From the NCBI GenBank assembly GCA_020631135.1, contig JAHDHU010000024.1:7474-31473 (forward strand): a stretch of 24,000 bases of DNA, read 5' to 3'. Positions within the stretch are counted from its first letter, which is position 1. Each line of letters starts with the position of its first letter. The notes under the pieces were generated by a model. That model did not search any database and was not told the DNA's origin. It saw only the letters and a program-made list of their open reading frames with translations. The DNA is from Saprospiraceae bacterium. Lineage in GTDB: Bacteria; Bacteroidota; Bacteroidia; Chitinophagales; Saprospiraceae. Below, piece after piece: positions 9,372 to 18,176 of this stretch. The position numbers and the translations under genes are program-made.

Positions 9372-10088
9372 ATGAAAGAAAAGAGAATATTACTAGTAGA
9401 GGATGACTTAAATCTGGGATTTTTGTTAATGGATTATTTAGAATCAGCAGAGTACAAGGTTAAACTTTGTAAAGATGGCTTATCCGCTCTCGATGTCTTA
9501 GAATCACAGAGCTTTGACCTCTGTCTACTTGATGTAATGATGCCCAAACTGGATGGATTAAGTGTAGCTAAAATAATGCGGAAGAAAGGGAATAAGACGC
9601 CGTTTATTTTTTTGACCGCGAAATCAATGAAAGAAGATAGAATTCATGGTTATGGATTAGGAGCTGAAGATTATATCACCAAGCCTTTTGACGAGGACGA
9701 ATTGCTTTGTAAAATAAGTGTCGTTTTAAGAAGGAATCAAAAAGATCCGCTCGCCAATGCGCCGAGTCAATTTGTTTTGGGTAGATATAAATTCGATTAC
9801 AATCGTCAAGAGTTGAGCTGCAGTGAATGTGTTAAAAGATTAACACAAAAAGAAAATGAGGTTCTTCGATTACTGTGTCTTCATAAAAACAGAGTCCTCA
9901 AAAGAGATGAAGCGGTTGAAATCATTTATGGTAAGAAGGATTATTTTTTAGGTAGAAGTTTTGATGTTTATATTTCACGCATTAGAAAGCTATTGCAAAA
10001 TGATTCTACCTTAGAAATCCAAAACATTTATAAAGTGGGTTTTATGTTAAATGAAGTACAGGCAGAATTAAAATCATATCAGCGTTAA
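9372..10088 (+). CDS. OmpR-family DNA-binding response regulator
   Basis: Receiver domain 'ILLVEDDLNLGFLLMDYLES...LCLLDVMMPKLDG...FIFLTAKS...EDYITKPFDEDELLCKI' plus winged-helix 'LTQKENEVLRLLCLHKNRVLKRDEAVEIIYG...GRSFDVYISRIRKLL'. The start lies 1 nt after the kinase stop. Confidence 0.95.
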   Translation: MKEKRILLVEDDLNLGFLLMDYLESAEYKVKLCKDGLSALDVLESQSFDLCLLDVMMPKLDGLSVAKIMRKKGNKTPFIFLTAKSMKEDRIHGYGLGAEDYITKPFDEDELLCKISVVLRRNQKDPLANAPSQFVLGRYKFDYNRQELSCSECVKRLTQKENEVLRLLCLHKNRVLKRDEAVEIIYGKKDYFLGRSFDVYISRIRKLLQNDSTLEIQNIYKVGFMLNEVQAELKSYQR

Positions 10089-12373
10089 TTAAGGATTGCA
10101 TTTAAGTACAACCGAAAACCATTATACCAATATCCCCTAAAAACAGGCGAATCCATAAATGCAATAATTTTTCCTTTTCCTAAATTTTGCCTTACTAGGG
10201 CAGGGGAGTTGTTTGCCATTTCTTGATTGGATTTGGAGGCATAACCACTCGACAAGGAGCTATCTGTATAACGTATGATTACATCGATCGAATCACTTTT
10301 TGGTTCTTCTATAAAGTGAGTACCTTTTTTAAAACAATGATATTCTTCTTTATGATAACCTACTGTTAATTCATCATCGAGATCCATTCTTGCTTCGAAA
10401 ATTGCGCCGCCAATTACATTTGCATTTCTACTTACTTCAGTAGAGTAATATTTTACTTCTCCAGTTTTGGGATCCTTGCCTTCACGTTGTTTAAAAGTTA
10501 CGTCCAATAAACTTGAACGTTCGAGCCATCTTATTGAAGATCCGATAGCTACAAGTTTACCGCCATCTCGAATCCATGTATTCAGTTCGTTTATGTTCGT
10601 GCTATCTAGCGAATTATACCTACCACTAGGTAAAATCAAAACATCATATTTGTTTAGTTTTTTGGAGTTTCTGAATCTATCGATATCAATTTTTGTAATA
10701 GGGATATCGAAGCGATGGTCCAGTGTATGCCAAAGTTCCCCAGCTTCATAAGAGGAGATTCCATTTCCGACCAACATCGCAATTTTAGGAGTTCGATTGG
10801 CGGAGGTATCTTTTTTAGTTGGACTTTCAAAGGCAATCGGAAACTTCGTAAGTCTCGTGGCCATAGGTCTTTTTGAAAAACTTTTTTGGATCTGTGTCAA
10901 TTCATCCGATTTTAAAGACTCGTATTCTAAGCCAAATGCGAGAGGCATGGTCCAGCTTGAAACGTCATAAAAAATACTGTCTCCAAAAGAATTGACTTTT
11001 TCGAAAATAGTTTTGGCTAGGGTATATTCTTTTTGATTCAGTGAAACGACATAAGATTTTCTTTTAGGAAAAGACTTTTTATTTTTTTTAAAGTTTATGG
11101 TCGTTTGATTAAATACGATATTGTGCGTGTTTAAGAGATTTAAAAAACCATTGAGTTTTATCGAATCCACATCATAAAAGATGTATCCTTTAACAGGATT
11201 TTCCGAGGCTCTTTTATTTCTGTTTTTGTAATATTCAACCTGATACTTTTTTAATTTATTACGCATGTCCAGCACAGCTTCTTGCGTAGAGAGACTCGTG
11301 GTAACCTGATTTCGAATTGCAAATGGAAAACTTAATAGACCACCATCTTTTTCTTGTAAATGTCCTCTTGCCGAGGCTTGCTCAAATAAAATACCAACCG
11401 CACCGTTAGCATCTGGGTAAGTCGATCCCTTTCCATAGTAATAATCATCAAATCGTTTTTTCATAAAGTACTCCGAACCTATTTTGTCCAAAGCTTTCAT
11501 ATGATATTGAGCTATATCTTCCGTTAGCTGTTGGTTTTTTTGAGGAGTATTTGGGTTGGTTCTTGATGGGACACCAGGTTGAAAAAAAAATGTAGAATTT
11601 TTTCCCATCTCATGATGGTCTGTCAAAACGTTGGGTTTCCAATAATGATAGTTTCTAATTCTCCCTTGAGATTCAGGATGAACGAGCAACAGCCAATCTC
11701 TATTTAGGTCAAACCAATAGTGATTGGTTCTACCTCCTGGCCAGACTTCTGAAAATTCTCTATCATTTTCATCAGGATTGAGATTTTTACTTCTATGCAT
11801 ATTGACCCAAGTCGAAAACCTTTGCAACCCGTCAGGATTATAACAAGGATCTATGATCACTATATTATTCTTTAAGAGTTGAGTTATTTTAGAATCTTTT
11901 CCAGCAGCCAAATAATAGGCTACTAGCATTGCAGCATTCGAGCCGCTGGCTTCATTACCATGAATGCTATAGCCTTGGTAGAGAACGAGTGGCGCCTTCT
12001 TGTTATATTTTCCATTAGATTCTTTTAAATGATCTTCTCGCAGCTTTTCAATGTTGTCTTGGTTCTCTTCACTCGTGTAAATAAGATTGATCAATGCTCT
12101 GTTTTCATGAGAACGTGCATATTCTTTGAGTTTTACCCTTTTAGATGCAGATGACAAATATTTGCTATAAGCAAGCAATTGGTCATGAGAAATATGCCAT
12201 TCTCCGATTTGATATCCTAAGTATTCTTCCGGGGTTTGGATGCTCTCATCGTATTCAATATTTGGCAAATAGTAGTTTAATGATTTCTTTTGCGCATTAA
12301 GCGAAAATGACAAAACGCAGATAAGAAGGATATAGTGACATTGAAATGATTTTAACAAGTGTATGAAGAACAT
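10085..12373 (-). CDS. Secreted M14-family zinc carboxypeptidase
   Basis: 762 aa with signal peptide, the zinc-binding 'YQGYSIHGNEASGSNAAM' (HxxE), 'DLNRDWLLLVHPESQGRI' and 'LTDHHEMGKNSTFFFQPG'. Confidence 0.88.
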   Translation of the reverse strand: MFFIHLLKSFQCHYILLICVLSFSLNAQKKSLNYYLPNIEYDESIQTPEEYLGYQIGEWHISHDQLLAYSKYLSSASKRVKLKEYARSHENRALINLIYTSEENQDNIEKLREDHLKESNGKYNKKAPLVLYQGYSIHGNEASGSNAAMLVAYYLAAGKDSKITQLLKNNIVIIDPCYNPDGLQRFSTWVNMHRSKNLNPDENDREFSEVWPGGRTNHYWFDLNRDWLLLVHPESQGRIRNYHYWKPNVLTDHHEMGKNSTFFFQPGVPSRTNPNTPQKNQQLTEDIAQYHMKALDKIGSEYFMKKRFDDYYYGKGSTYPDANGAVGILFEQASARGHLQEKDGGLLSFPFAIRNQVTTSLSTQEAVLDMRNKLKKYQVEYYKNRNKRASENPVKGYIFYDVDSIKLNGFLNLLNTHNIVFNQTTINFKKNKKSFPKRKSYVVSLNQKEYTLAKTIFEKVNSFGDSIFYDVSSWTMPLAFGLEYESLKSDELTQIQKSFSKRPMATRLTKFPIAFESPTKKDTSANRTPKIAMLVGNGISSYEAGELWHTLDHRFDIPITKIDIDRFRNSKKLNKYDVLILPSGRYNSLDSTNINELNTWIRDGGKLVAIGSSIRWLERSSLLDVTFKQREGKDPKTGEVKYYSTEVSRNANVIGGAIFEARMDLDDELTVGYHKEEYHCFKKGTHFIEEPKSDSIDVIIRYTDSSLSSGYASKSNQEMANNSPALVRQNLGKGKIIAFMDSPVFRGYWYNGFRLYLNAILN

Positions 12374-12411
12374 AAAACATCTAATTTTAATAAGCTCAAA
12401 GTAAGGAATAA

Positions 12412-12711
12412 ATGAATACTTTTTTTGCAGTAGTAATTATCGGATTTGTTTTAATGATGGTGATCTTCAATGTATATTTTAGATACAAGATTTTGGGCGA
12501 TTACAAATATTTAGTCAAACATAATATCCAATTTGGGGCGAAGCACATTATCAGTAATGCTAAATTGGAAAGTGAAATTATTCCTAGTTATCCTCAACAC
12601 GAAACTGTTATTCGATCGTTTTGTAAGAAACTACAAATGGCATTCAGAGTGGCATTGGGATTACTATTTTTAATTATTGTCGTATCGATTATTTTGAAGT
12701 ATATAGTGTAA
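12412..12711 (+). CDS. Small membrane protein of unknown function
   Basis: 99 aa with N- and C-terminal hydrophobic helices. The stop is 1 nt before the next ATG in the same direction. Confidence 0.65.
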   Translation: MNTFFAVVIIGFVLMMVIFNVYFRYKILGDYKYLVKHNIQFGAKHIISNAKLESEIIPSYPQHETVIRSFCKKLQMAFRVALGLLFLIIVVSIILKYIV

Positions 12712-12712
12712 T

Positions 12713-13684
12713 ATGGTGAAAATTGGAGTAGTTGGACTAGGACATTTAGGTAAAATCCACCTAGCATGTATTGAAAAGACAGATTTTGAGATTGTGGGTT
12801 GTTATGACATTGATGACAAAGCGCTCAATTATGCTGAAAAAGAATTTGGCATTAAAGGTTTTGAATCTTTAGAAAAACTCCTCGATGTTTGTGATGCTGT
12901 CGATATCGTATGCTCAACATCGAGTCATTATGAGGTTGCCAAGATGGCTTTAGAAAGAGCTAAGCATGTTTTTATAGAAAAACCATTTGTCGAAGAATTG
13001 GATCAAGGATTAGAGTTGAAGTCTATTGCTCTTAAAAACAATTGTAAGGTTCAAATTGGTCATGTCGAAAGGTATAATCCTTCCTTAAGGGCAGTAAGTG
13101 ATTTGGCTTTGGCACCGAAATTCGTTGAGGCTCATAGACTAGCTCAATTTAATCCACGAGGCAACGATGTTTCTGTAGTTATGGATTTGATGATTCATGA
13201 TCTGGATTTACTTTGCCACCTAATCAAAAGTGACGTAGATACTATAGAGGCCAATGGAGTTAATGTAGTTGAAAATTCACCAGATATATGCAATGCTCGA
13301 ATTCAGTTTAAAAATGGCGCAGTGGCCAATCTCACTGCGAGTAGAATTAGCATGAAGCAAATGAGAAAATTCAGAATGTTTCAATCCGACAGATACGTAA
13401 GTTTGGATTTACTAAACAAAGAATGTCAAGTGATTTCTTTAAGCAATTCTGAAAAAGAAAATTCGATGAGTTTCCAGACCGCATTAGGAGAAAAGTATGT
13501 GCAAATCAATGCGATGGATGTCGAACCAGTGAATGCGATACAAAAGCAATTTGAAGACTTTTTAGAGGTAATTACCAATAAAAAAGAGGTTAATGTCGGT
13601 ATTGATGACGCTTTAAAGTCTCTTTCAATGGCAAAAATGATTCAGGATAGTATTTTTGTAAATAACCAAAAACTTGTCTTGTGA
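12713..13684 (+). CDS. Gfo/Idh/MocA-family oxidoreductase
   Basis: N-terminal Rossmann 'KIGVVGLGHLGKIHLACIEK', 'VDIVCSTSSHYEVAKMALERAKHVFIEKPFVEE' (EKP motif), and 'QIGHVERYNPSLRAV'. Confidence 0.93.
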   Translation: MVKIGVVGLGHLGKIHLACIEKTDFEIVGCYDIDDKALNYAEKEFGIKGFESLEKLLDVCDAVDIVCSTSSHYEVAKMALERAKHVFIEKPFVEELDQGLELKSIALKNNCKVQIGHVERYNPSLRAVSDLALAPKFVEAHRLAQFNPRGNDVSVVMDLMIHDLDLLCHLIKSDVDTIEANGVNVVENSPDICNARIQFKNGAVANLTASRISMKQMRKFRMFQSDRYVSLDLLNKECQVISLSNSEKENSMSFQTALGEKYVQINAMDVEPVNAIQKQFEDFLEVITNKKEVNVGIDDALKSLSMAKMIQDSIFVNNQKLVL

Positions 13685-14529
13685 GGTTCTGCAAGTATTT
13701 AATATTTTTCTCTTTTTGCTTCAGTTCTTGTTCATTATTTGAAAATTCTGAACTAGAGGTGAGTTATATACATTTTAATAGACCTAATCATTTAACGACC
13801 GTAGAGCAGGGATCAAATGTGCATAATATCAAAGACCTTTGGATTGAAATGGATGCAGATGATTTGGGTGTTTTCCCTACCGACAAAACTGTTCCCTTTT
13901 TGCCTCAATCTAATGAATCCACAATTTTTGTTTTCGCCGGAATAAAAAACAATGGTATCCAAACAGATGCCGTTATTTATCCTTTTTATGATTTTGTAGA
14001 AATCGAAAAGACCTTTGTGCCCGGTGAGATAGATACAATGACTTTGGATTTTGAATATAAACCCGAGACGCTTTTCTCTTTTGTGGAAGATTTTGATGGA
14101 GGGCTCCTTTTTGCCAGAGATGAGGATGAAGACCCAGATTCAGGAATGACGATTCAAAGCCAATCAGGGAATAACTATGGTGAAATGATTCCATCGGAAG
14201 AACATCCACAGATAGGCGTTTCGAACATCATCAATTACAATGATATTCCGCTAAATAGTCAACCGGTTTATCTCGAATTGGAGTACCGAAATAATACACC
14301 ATTTACAATCGGAATAATTGGACAACTGACATCTGACACAGATTTCACGAATGTGAAAATCTTAATTACCCCAAAGGAAGAATGGAACAAAATCTATATT
14401 GATTTTACCAACGAAGTAAATTTATCTCAGTTGAATGCTTATCGCATAGTTTTTGCAACGGTATGGGATGAAAATGGGGTAGATGACCAATTTGTCCATA
14501 TAGACAATGTAAAGCTACTTCATTTCTAG
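13681..14529 (+). CDS. Uncharacterised lipoprotein
   Basis: GTG start overlapping the previous stop by 4 nt. Lipobox-like 'FFSFCFSSC', followed by a beta-rich extracellular domain. Confidence 0.75.
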   Translation: MRFCKYLIFFSFCFSSCSLFENSELEVSYIHFNRPNHLTTVEQGSNVHNIKDLWIEMDADDLGVFPTDKTVPFLPQSNESTIFVFAGIKNNGIQTDAVIYPFYDFVEIEKTFVPGEIDTMTLDFEYKPETLFSFVEDFDGGLLFARDEDEDPDSGMTIQSQSGNNYGEMIPSEEHPQIGVSNIINYNDIPLNSQPVYLELEYRNNTPFTIGIIGQLTSDTDFTNVKILITPKEEWNKIYIDFTNEVNLSQLNAYRIVFATVWDENGVDDQFVHIDNVKLLHF

Positions 14530-14542
14530 TACGCTACATTCC

Positions 14543-15964
14543 ATGATAAAGCCAACCAGTTTAGCTCTGTTTTTATATCAGATAGCTGATTTTTTAGCTG
14601 CTATAATCGCCTGGTTTTTGTTCTTTGTATATCGCAAACGAATCGAATATCCCGGCTTACCTTTTGATCAAATCCTTGAAGATCGACAACTTTACATTGG
14701 TTTAATCGTGATTCCGATTTTTTGGTTTTTACTCTATTCAGTGTTCGATAAATACAAGGATATCTATCGATATTCTCGCTGGGCAACTTTCAAACGGACT
14801 TTGGGACTTGTTTTTATGGGGACCTTGGTTTTATTCTTTACGGTATTAATTGATGACACGGTATATGATCAAATTTCTTTCACTAGGGCTTTTCTTAGTC
14901 TATTTAGTTTGCATTTTATCTTAACCTTTTTCTTTCGCATGGTCATTTTGACCATTGCAAAGAATCATTTAAAAACAGGTAAAGTCTCCTATAATACTCT
15001 GATCATAGGTGGTGATAAAAATGCTATGGAATTGTATCAGGACATAACAAATCGTCCCTACAGCTTAGGGCATAATTTTATCGGATTTATCGATTCTAAT
15101 GGTAGTTCTAAAAATTATATAGAAAAACATCTTCCTTTGTTAGGAGATCTTAAGCAAATGCCAGAAGTAATCAATCAACATAAGGTACAAGATGTGATAG
15201 TCGCTGTAGAGTCTTCCGAACATGAGCGATTGAAAGGGATTTTCAATGTACTTTTTGAATCCAAAGAGGATCTTCTAGTTAAAGTTATCCCCGACATGTA
15301 TGACATTCTTTTAGGCAATGTGAAAATGAATCATTTATATGGGGCCGTACTCATAGAAGTTCAACAAGAATTGATGCCACGTTGGGAACAAATTGTTAAG
15401 AGGGTTATGGATGTCATAGTTAGCGGTTTTATGTTGATCGTTTTGTCTCCACTTTATTTGTTTATTATGTTGAAGGTAAAGATGAGTTCTGAAGGCCCTA
15501 TATTCTTTAAACAAGAAAGAGTCGGTTACAAAGGGAAACCTTTTAATATCTACAAATTTAGATCGATGAAGATTGATGCTGAAACTGAAGGCCCCCAGCT
15601 ATCTCATGATAATGATCCAAGAGTAACCAAATGGGGGAAAGTTATGCGTGTTTACCGACTTGACGAATTACCTCAATTTTGGAATGTCTTAAAAGGTGAA
15701 ATGTCTTTAGTAGGTCCTCGACCTGAAAGGCAATTTTTTATAGATAAAATTTCGGTAATTCAACCGCATTACAAACAATTGTTAAAAGTAAGACCTGGTA
15801 TTACCTCGTGGGGACAGGTAAAATATGGCTATGCCTCAAATCTCGATCAAATGCTGCAACGTTTAAAATTTGATCTTCTTTATATAGAAAACATGTCCTT
15901 GTCATTGGATTTTAAAATTCTCTTCTACACCGTTTTGGTTCTAATTCAAGGGAAAGGTAAATAA
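14543..15964 (+). CDS. Exopolysaccharide biosynthesis polyprenyl glycosylphosphotransferase (undecaprenyl-phosphate sugar transferase)
   Basis: Multiple N-terminal TM helices, a central CoA-binding-like domain, and the C-terminal bacterial sugar-transferase core 'KRVMDVIVSG...PIFFKQERVGYKGKPFNIYKFRSM...RVYRLDELPQFWNVLKGEMSLVGPRPERQFF...VRPGITSWGQVKYGYA'. Confidence 0.93.
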   Translation: MIKPTSLALFLYQIADFLAAIIAWFLFFVYRKRIEYPGLPFDQILEDRQLYIGLIVIPIFWFLLYSVFDKYKDIYRYSRWATFKRTLGLVFMGTLVLFFTVLIDDTVYDQISFTRAFLSLFSLHFILTFFFRMVILTIAKNHLKTGKVSYNTLIIGGDKNAMELYQDITNRPYSLGHNFIGFIDSNGSSKNYIEKHLPLLGDLKQMPEVINQHKVQDVIVAVESSEHERLKGIFNVLFESKEDLLVKVIPDMYDILLGNVKMNHLYGAVLIEVQQELMPRWEQIVKRVMDVIVSGFMLIVLSPLYLFIMLKVKMSSEGPIFFKQERVGYKGKPFNIYKFRSMKIDAETEGPQLSHDNDPRVTKWGKVMRVYRLDELPQFWNVLKGEMSLVGPRPERQFFIDKISVIQPHYKQLLKVRPGITSWGQVKYGYASNLDQMLQRLKFDLLYIENMSLSLDFKILFYTVLVLIQGKGK

Positions 15965-16704
15965 TGAAAACGAAGCGCATGTTTGGTCTAATTGGATATC
16001 CACTTGAACATAGTTTCTCGCCGAGCTATTTTGCAAAGAAATTTAAAAATGAGAAGATAAAGGATGCAGACTATCAAATTTATCCATTGAAGTCTTTAAA
16101 GAATTTAAAAAAGCAGCTGCTTAAAGATATTGTCGGATTTAATGTCACTAGTCCGTATAAAGAAGAAGTTATTGCACATTTAGATGAACTGAGTCCTGTT
16201 GCCCGGAAGATCAAGTCCGTAAATACAGTAAAAATTGTAGCTGGAAAATGGATCGGATATAATACTGACGTGTATGGTTTTGAGCATTCGCTGAATGAAT
16301 TTATTGGTCGAAAAAAAATTAAACACTCGCTGATTTTGGGAAGTGGCGGAGCATCGAAGGCCATTATCTATGTACTCAAAAAGAATAACATTTCCACAAA
16401 AATTATCTCTAGAAAAAGAGGTTATCGTTCGTACCGTTATCTCGACAAAGAATTTATACAACAGCATCGTCTGATCATAAATTGTACTCCATTGGGGACT
16501 TTCCCAAAAGTATCCGAAAAACCACCGATACCTTACCAATTTTTAGGTTCAAGACATTTGCTTTTTGATTTGGTTTATAATCCGCAAAAATCTCTATTTT
16601 TGAAAGAAGGAGAGAAGAGGGGGTCTGGGATTGAAAATGGTTTACGAATGCTTCATTTGCAAGCTGATAAATCTTGGGAAATTTGGAATAATAAAGAAAG
16701 CTAA
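15964..16704 (+). CDS. aroE: Shikimate dehydrogenase
   Basis: 'FGLIGYPLEHSFSPSYFAKKF', 'GFNVTSPYKEEVIAHLDEL', 'SVNTVKI', 'GYNTDVYGF', 'LILGSGGASKAIIYVL', 'INCTPLGTFP'. The start overlaps the preceding stop by 1 nt. Confidence 0.92.
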   Translation: MKTKRMFGLIGYPLEHSFSPSYFAKKFKNEKIKDADYQIYPLKSLKNLKKQLLKDIVGFNVTSPYKEEVIAHLDELSPVARKIKSVNTVKIVAGKWIGYNTDVYGFEHSLNEFIGRKKIKHSLILGSGGASKAIIYVLKKNNISTKIISRKRGYRSYRYLDKEFIQQHRLIINCTPLGTFPKVSEKPPIPYQFLGSRHLLFDLVYNPQKSLFLKEGEKRGSGIENGLRMLHLQADKSWEIWNNKES

Positions 16705-16718
16705 GCACGAAAACATCC

Positions 16719-17916
16719 ATGTCCGAATCAGAGCCGAGTAACAATGATAAACAAGTCTTAGATTTTTCGAATACGGAAATTGCATTTAGCAATAAATCCG
16801 ATCGTGAATTAAAAAAGACTTTTACTTTATTTAAACTAATGAGTAATCGTTCATTGGTTTCTCTTCTTTCCTCATTAGGCCTGTTGGCGATCAAGTTGCG
16901 ATTGCCATTTGCCAAATTCGCAATTAGAAACACCATTTTTGATCAATTTGTAGGTGGTGAAAACTTATTGGATTGTCAAGCTGCAATTGATCATTTATAC
17001 AAATTTGATGCGCTTACTATATTGGATTATGGTGCAGAAGGTAAAACCACAGAAGAAGAATTGGATAACACCATGAAGGAGACCATGCGAGCGATTGAAT
17101 TAGGAGCTTCAAATAATTCTGTGCCAGCTGTTAGTACGAAAATCAAAGGTTTACAACCAATTGCTAGAAAAACTCAATGAACGTGTTTTATTGACGGATG
17201 TCGAAAAGCGAGAATATCAAAGGGTATTGGATCGGGTAGAAAATATTTGTCAAAAAGCTGAAGACTTAGGTGTCGCTATACTTATCGATGCAGAAGAAAG
17301 TTGGATGCAAATAGCCATCGACGATATAGTAGATCAAATGATGGCCAAGCACAACAAAGAAAATGTAGTGGTCTACAATACCTATCAACTTTATAGACAT
17401 GATAAACTGGTCCAGCTAAAAAATGATCATCGTACAGCATTAGAAAATGGGTATATGTTAGGTGCAAAGTTTGTGAGGGGAGCATACATGGACAAAGAGC
17501 GCGAGAGGGCCATACAAATGGGGTATCCTTCTCCAATACATGTTGACAAATCGGCTGTAGATTTAGATTACAACGAAGCGATAAAATATTGTGTAGAAAA
17601 TTACGAAACCATCGGCTCTATTTGTGCATCACACAATATTCAAAGTAATTTATATCAGGCGAAACTTATTGAAGATCTTGGGATAAATAAAACTCATCCA
17701 CATCTGAATTTTTGTCAGCTCTATGGGATGAGTGATTATATTACTTTCAATCTTAGTGATGCTGGCTTCAATGTAGCGAAATATGTCCCTTATGGTCCGA
17801 TCAAAGAGGTCGTTCCATATCTCATCAGGCGCGCCAAAGAAAACTCAAGTGTGACAGGCGAGATGGGTAGAGAACTCGAATACATCCACAAAGAAAAAAA
17901 GCGCAGAGGGATTTAG
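16719..17916 (+). pseudogene. Proline dehydrogenase gene split across two frames (16719..17180 and 17161..17916)
   Basis: The N-terminal ORF 'FSNTEIAFSNKSDRELKKTFTLFKLM...TILDYGAEGKT' and the C-terminal ORF 'LLEKLNERVL...FIDAEESWMQ' equivalent 'ILIDAEESWMQIAIDDIVDQMM...NTYQLYRHDKL...GAKFVRGAYMDKERERA...YGMSDYITFNLSDAGFNVAKYVPYGPIKEVVPYLIRRAKENSS' together match one full-length Bacteroidota proline dehydrogenase, but are out of frame with each other. This may be a true frameshift or a sequence error. Confidence 0.85.
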
Positions 17917-18011
17917 TCAAGCTCGCACATTCTTTAAGTATTTTAATAAAATTATCCAAAGCTCGCAAAGCTTGCAAAGCTTGCCCACGTTGCTTGCTGT
18001 GGAGTGAGTAT

Positions 18012-18044
18012 AAAAAAAGTCAACTAAACTCAATTAGCTGACTT
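18012..18044 (-). terminator. Probable intrinsic terminator downstream of the DUF4407 gene
   Basis: On the minus strand: AAGTCAGCTAA-TTGAGT-TTAGTTGACTT-TTTTTATA. This is an 11-bp stem with one G.U wobble formed only in minus-strand RNA, followed by a T-run. It lies about 130 nt past the stop at 18177. Confidence 0.6.
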
Positions 18045-18176
18045 GTTGGACTTTCATTAAAGGTGAATGTGAATGCCCAATATTTTGATCTTTTGAATTC
18101 AGAAAAACTTGTCATAGCTTTTGACGATTAGGAGGTCTTTTGGTCACGTAGATTTTCGATTACTTTAATTGGTATT

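Noticed and set aside
10467-10836. ORFs 10467..10751 (+) and 10654..10836 (-)
   Set aside because: Overlap the M14 carboxypeptidase coding region and have no motif support.
16180-16539. 119-aa minus-strand ORF antisense to aroE
   Set aside because: Fully contained opposite a confident aroE coding region.
16475-16936. 153-aa minus-strand ORF antisense to the aroE end and proline dehydrogenase start
   Set aside because: It lies opposite two strongly supported genes and has no recognisable motif; a shadow ORF.
17282-17536. 84-aa minus-strand ORF opposite the proline dehydrogenase C-terminal part
   Set aside because: Antisense to strongly conserved enzyme motifs such as GAKFVRGAYMDKERERA.
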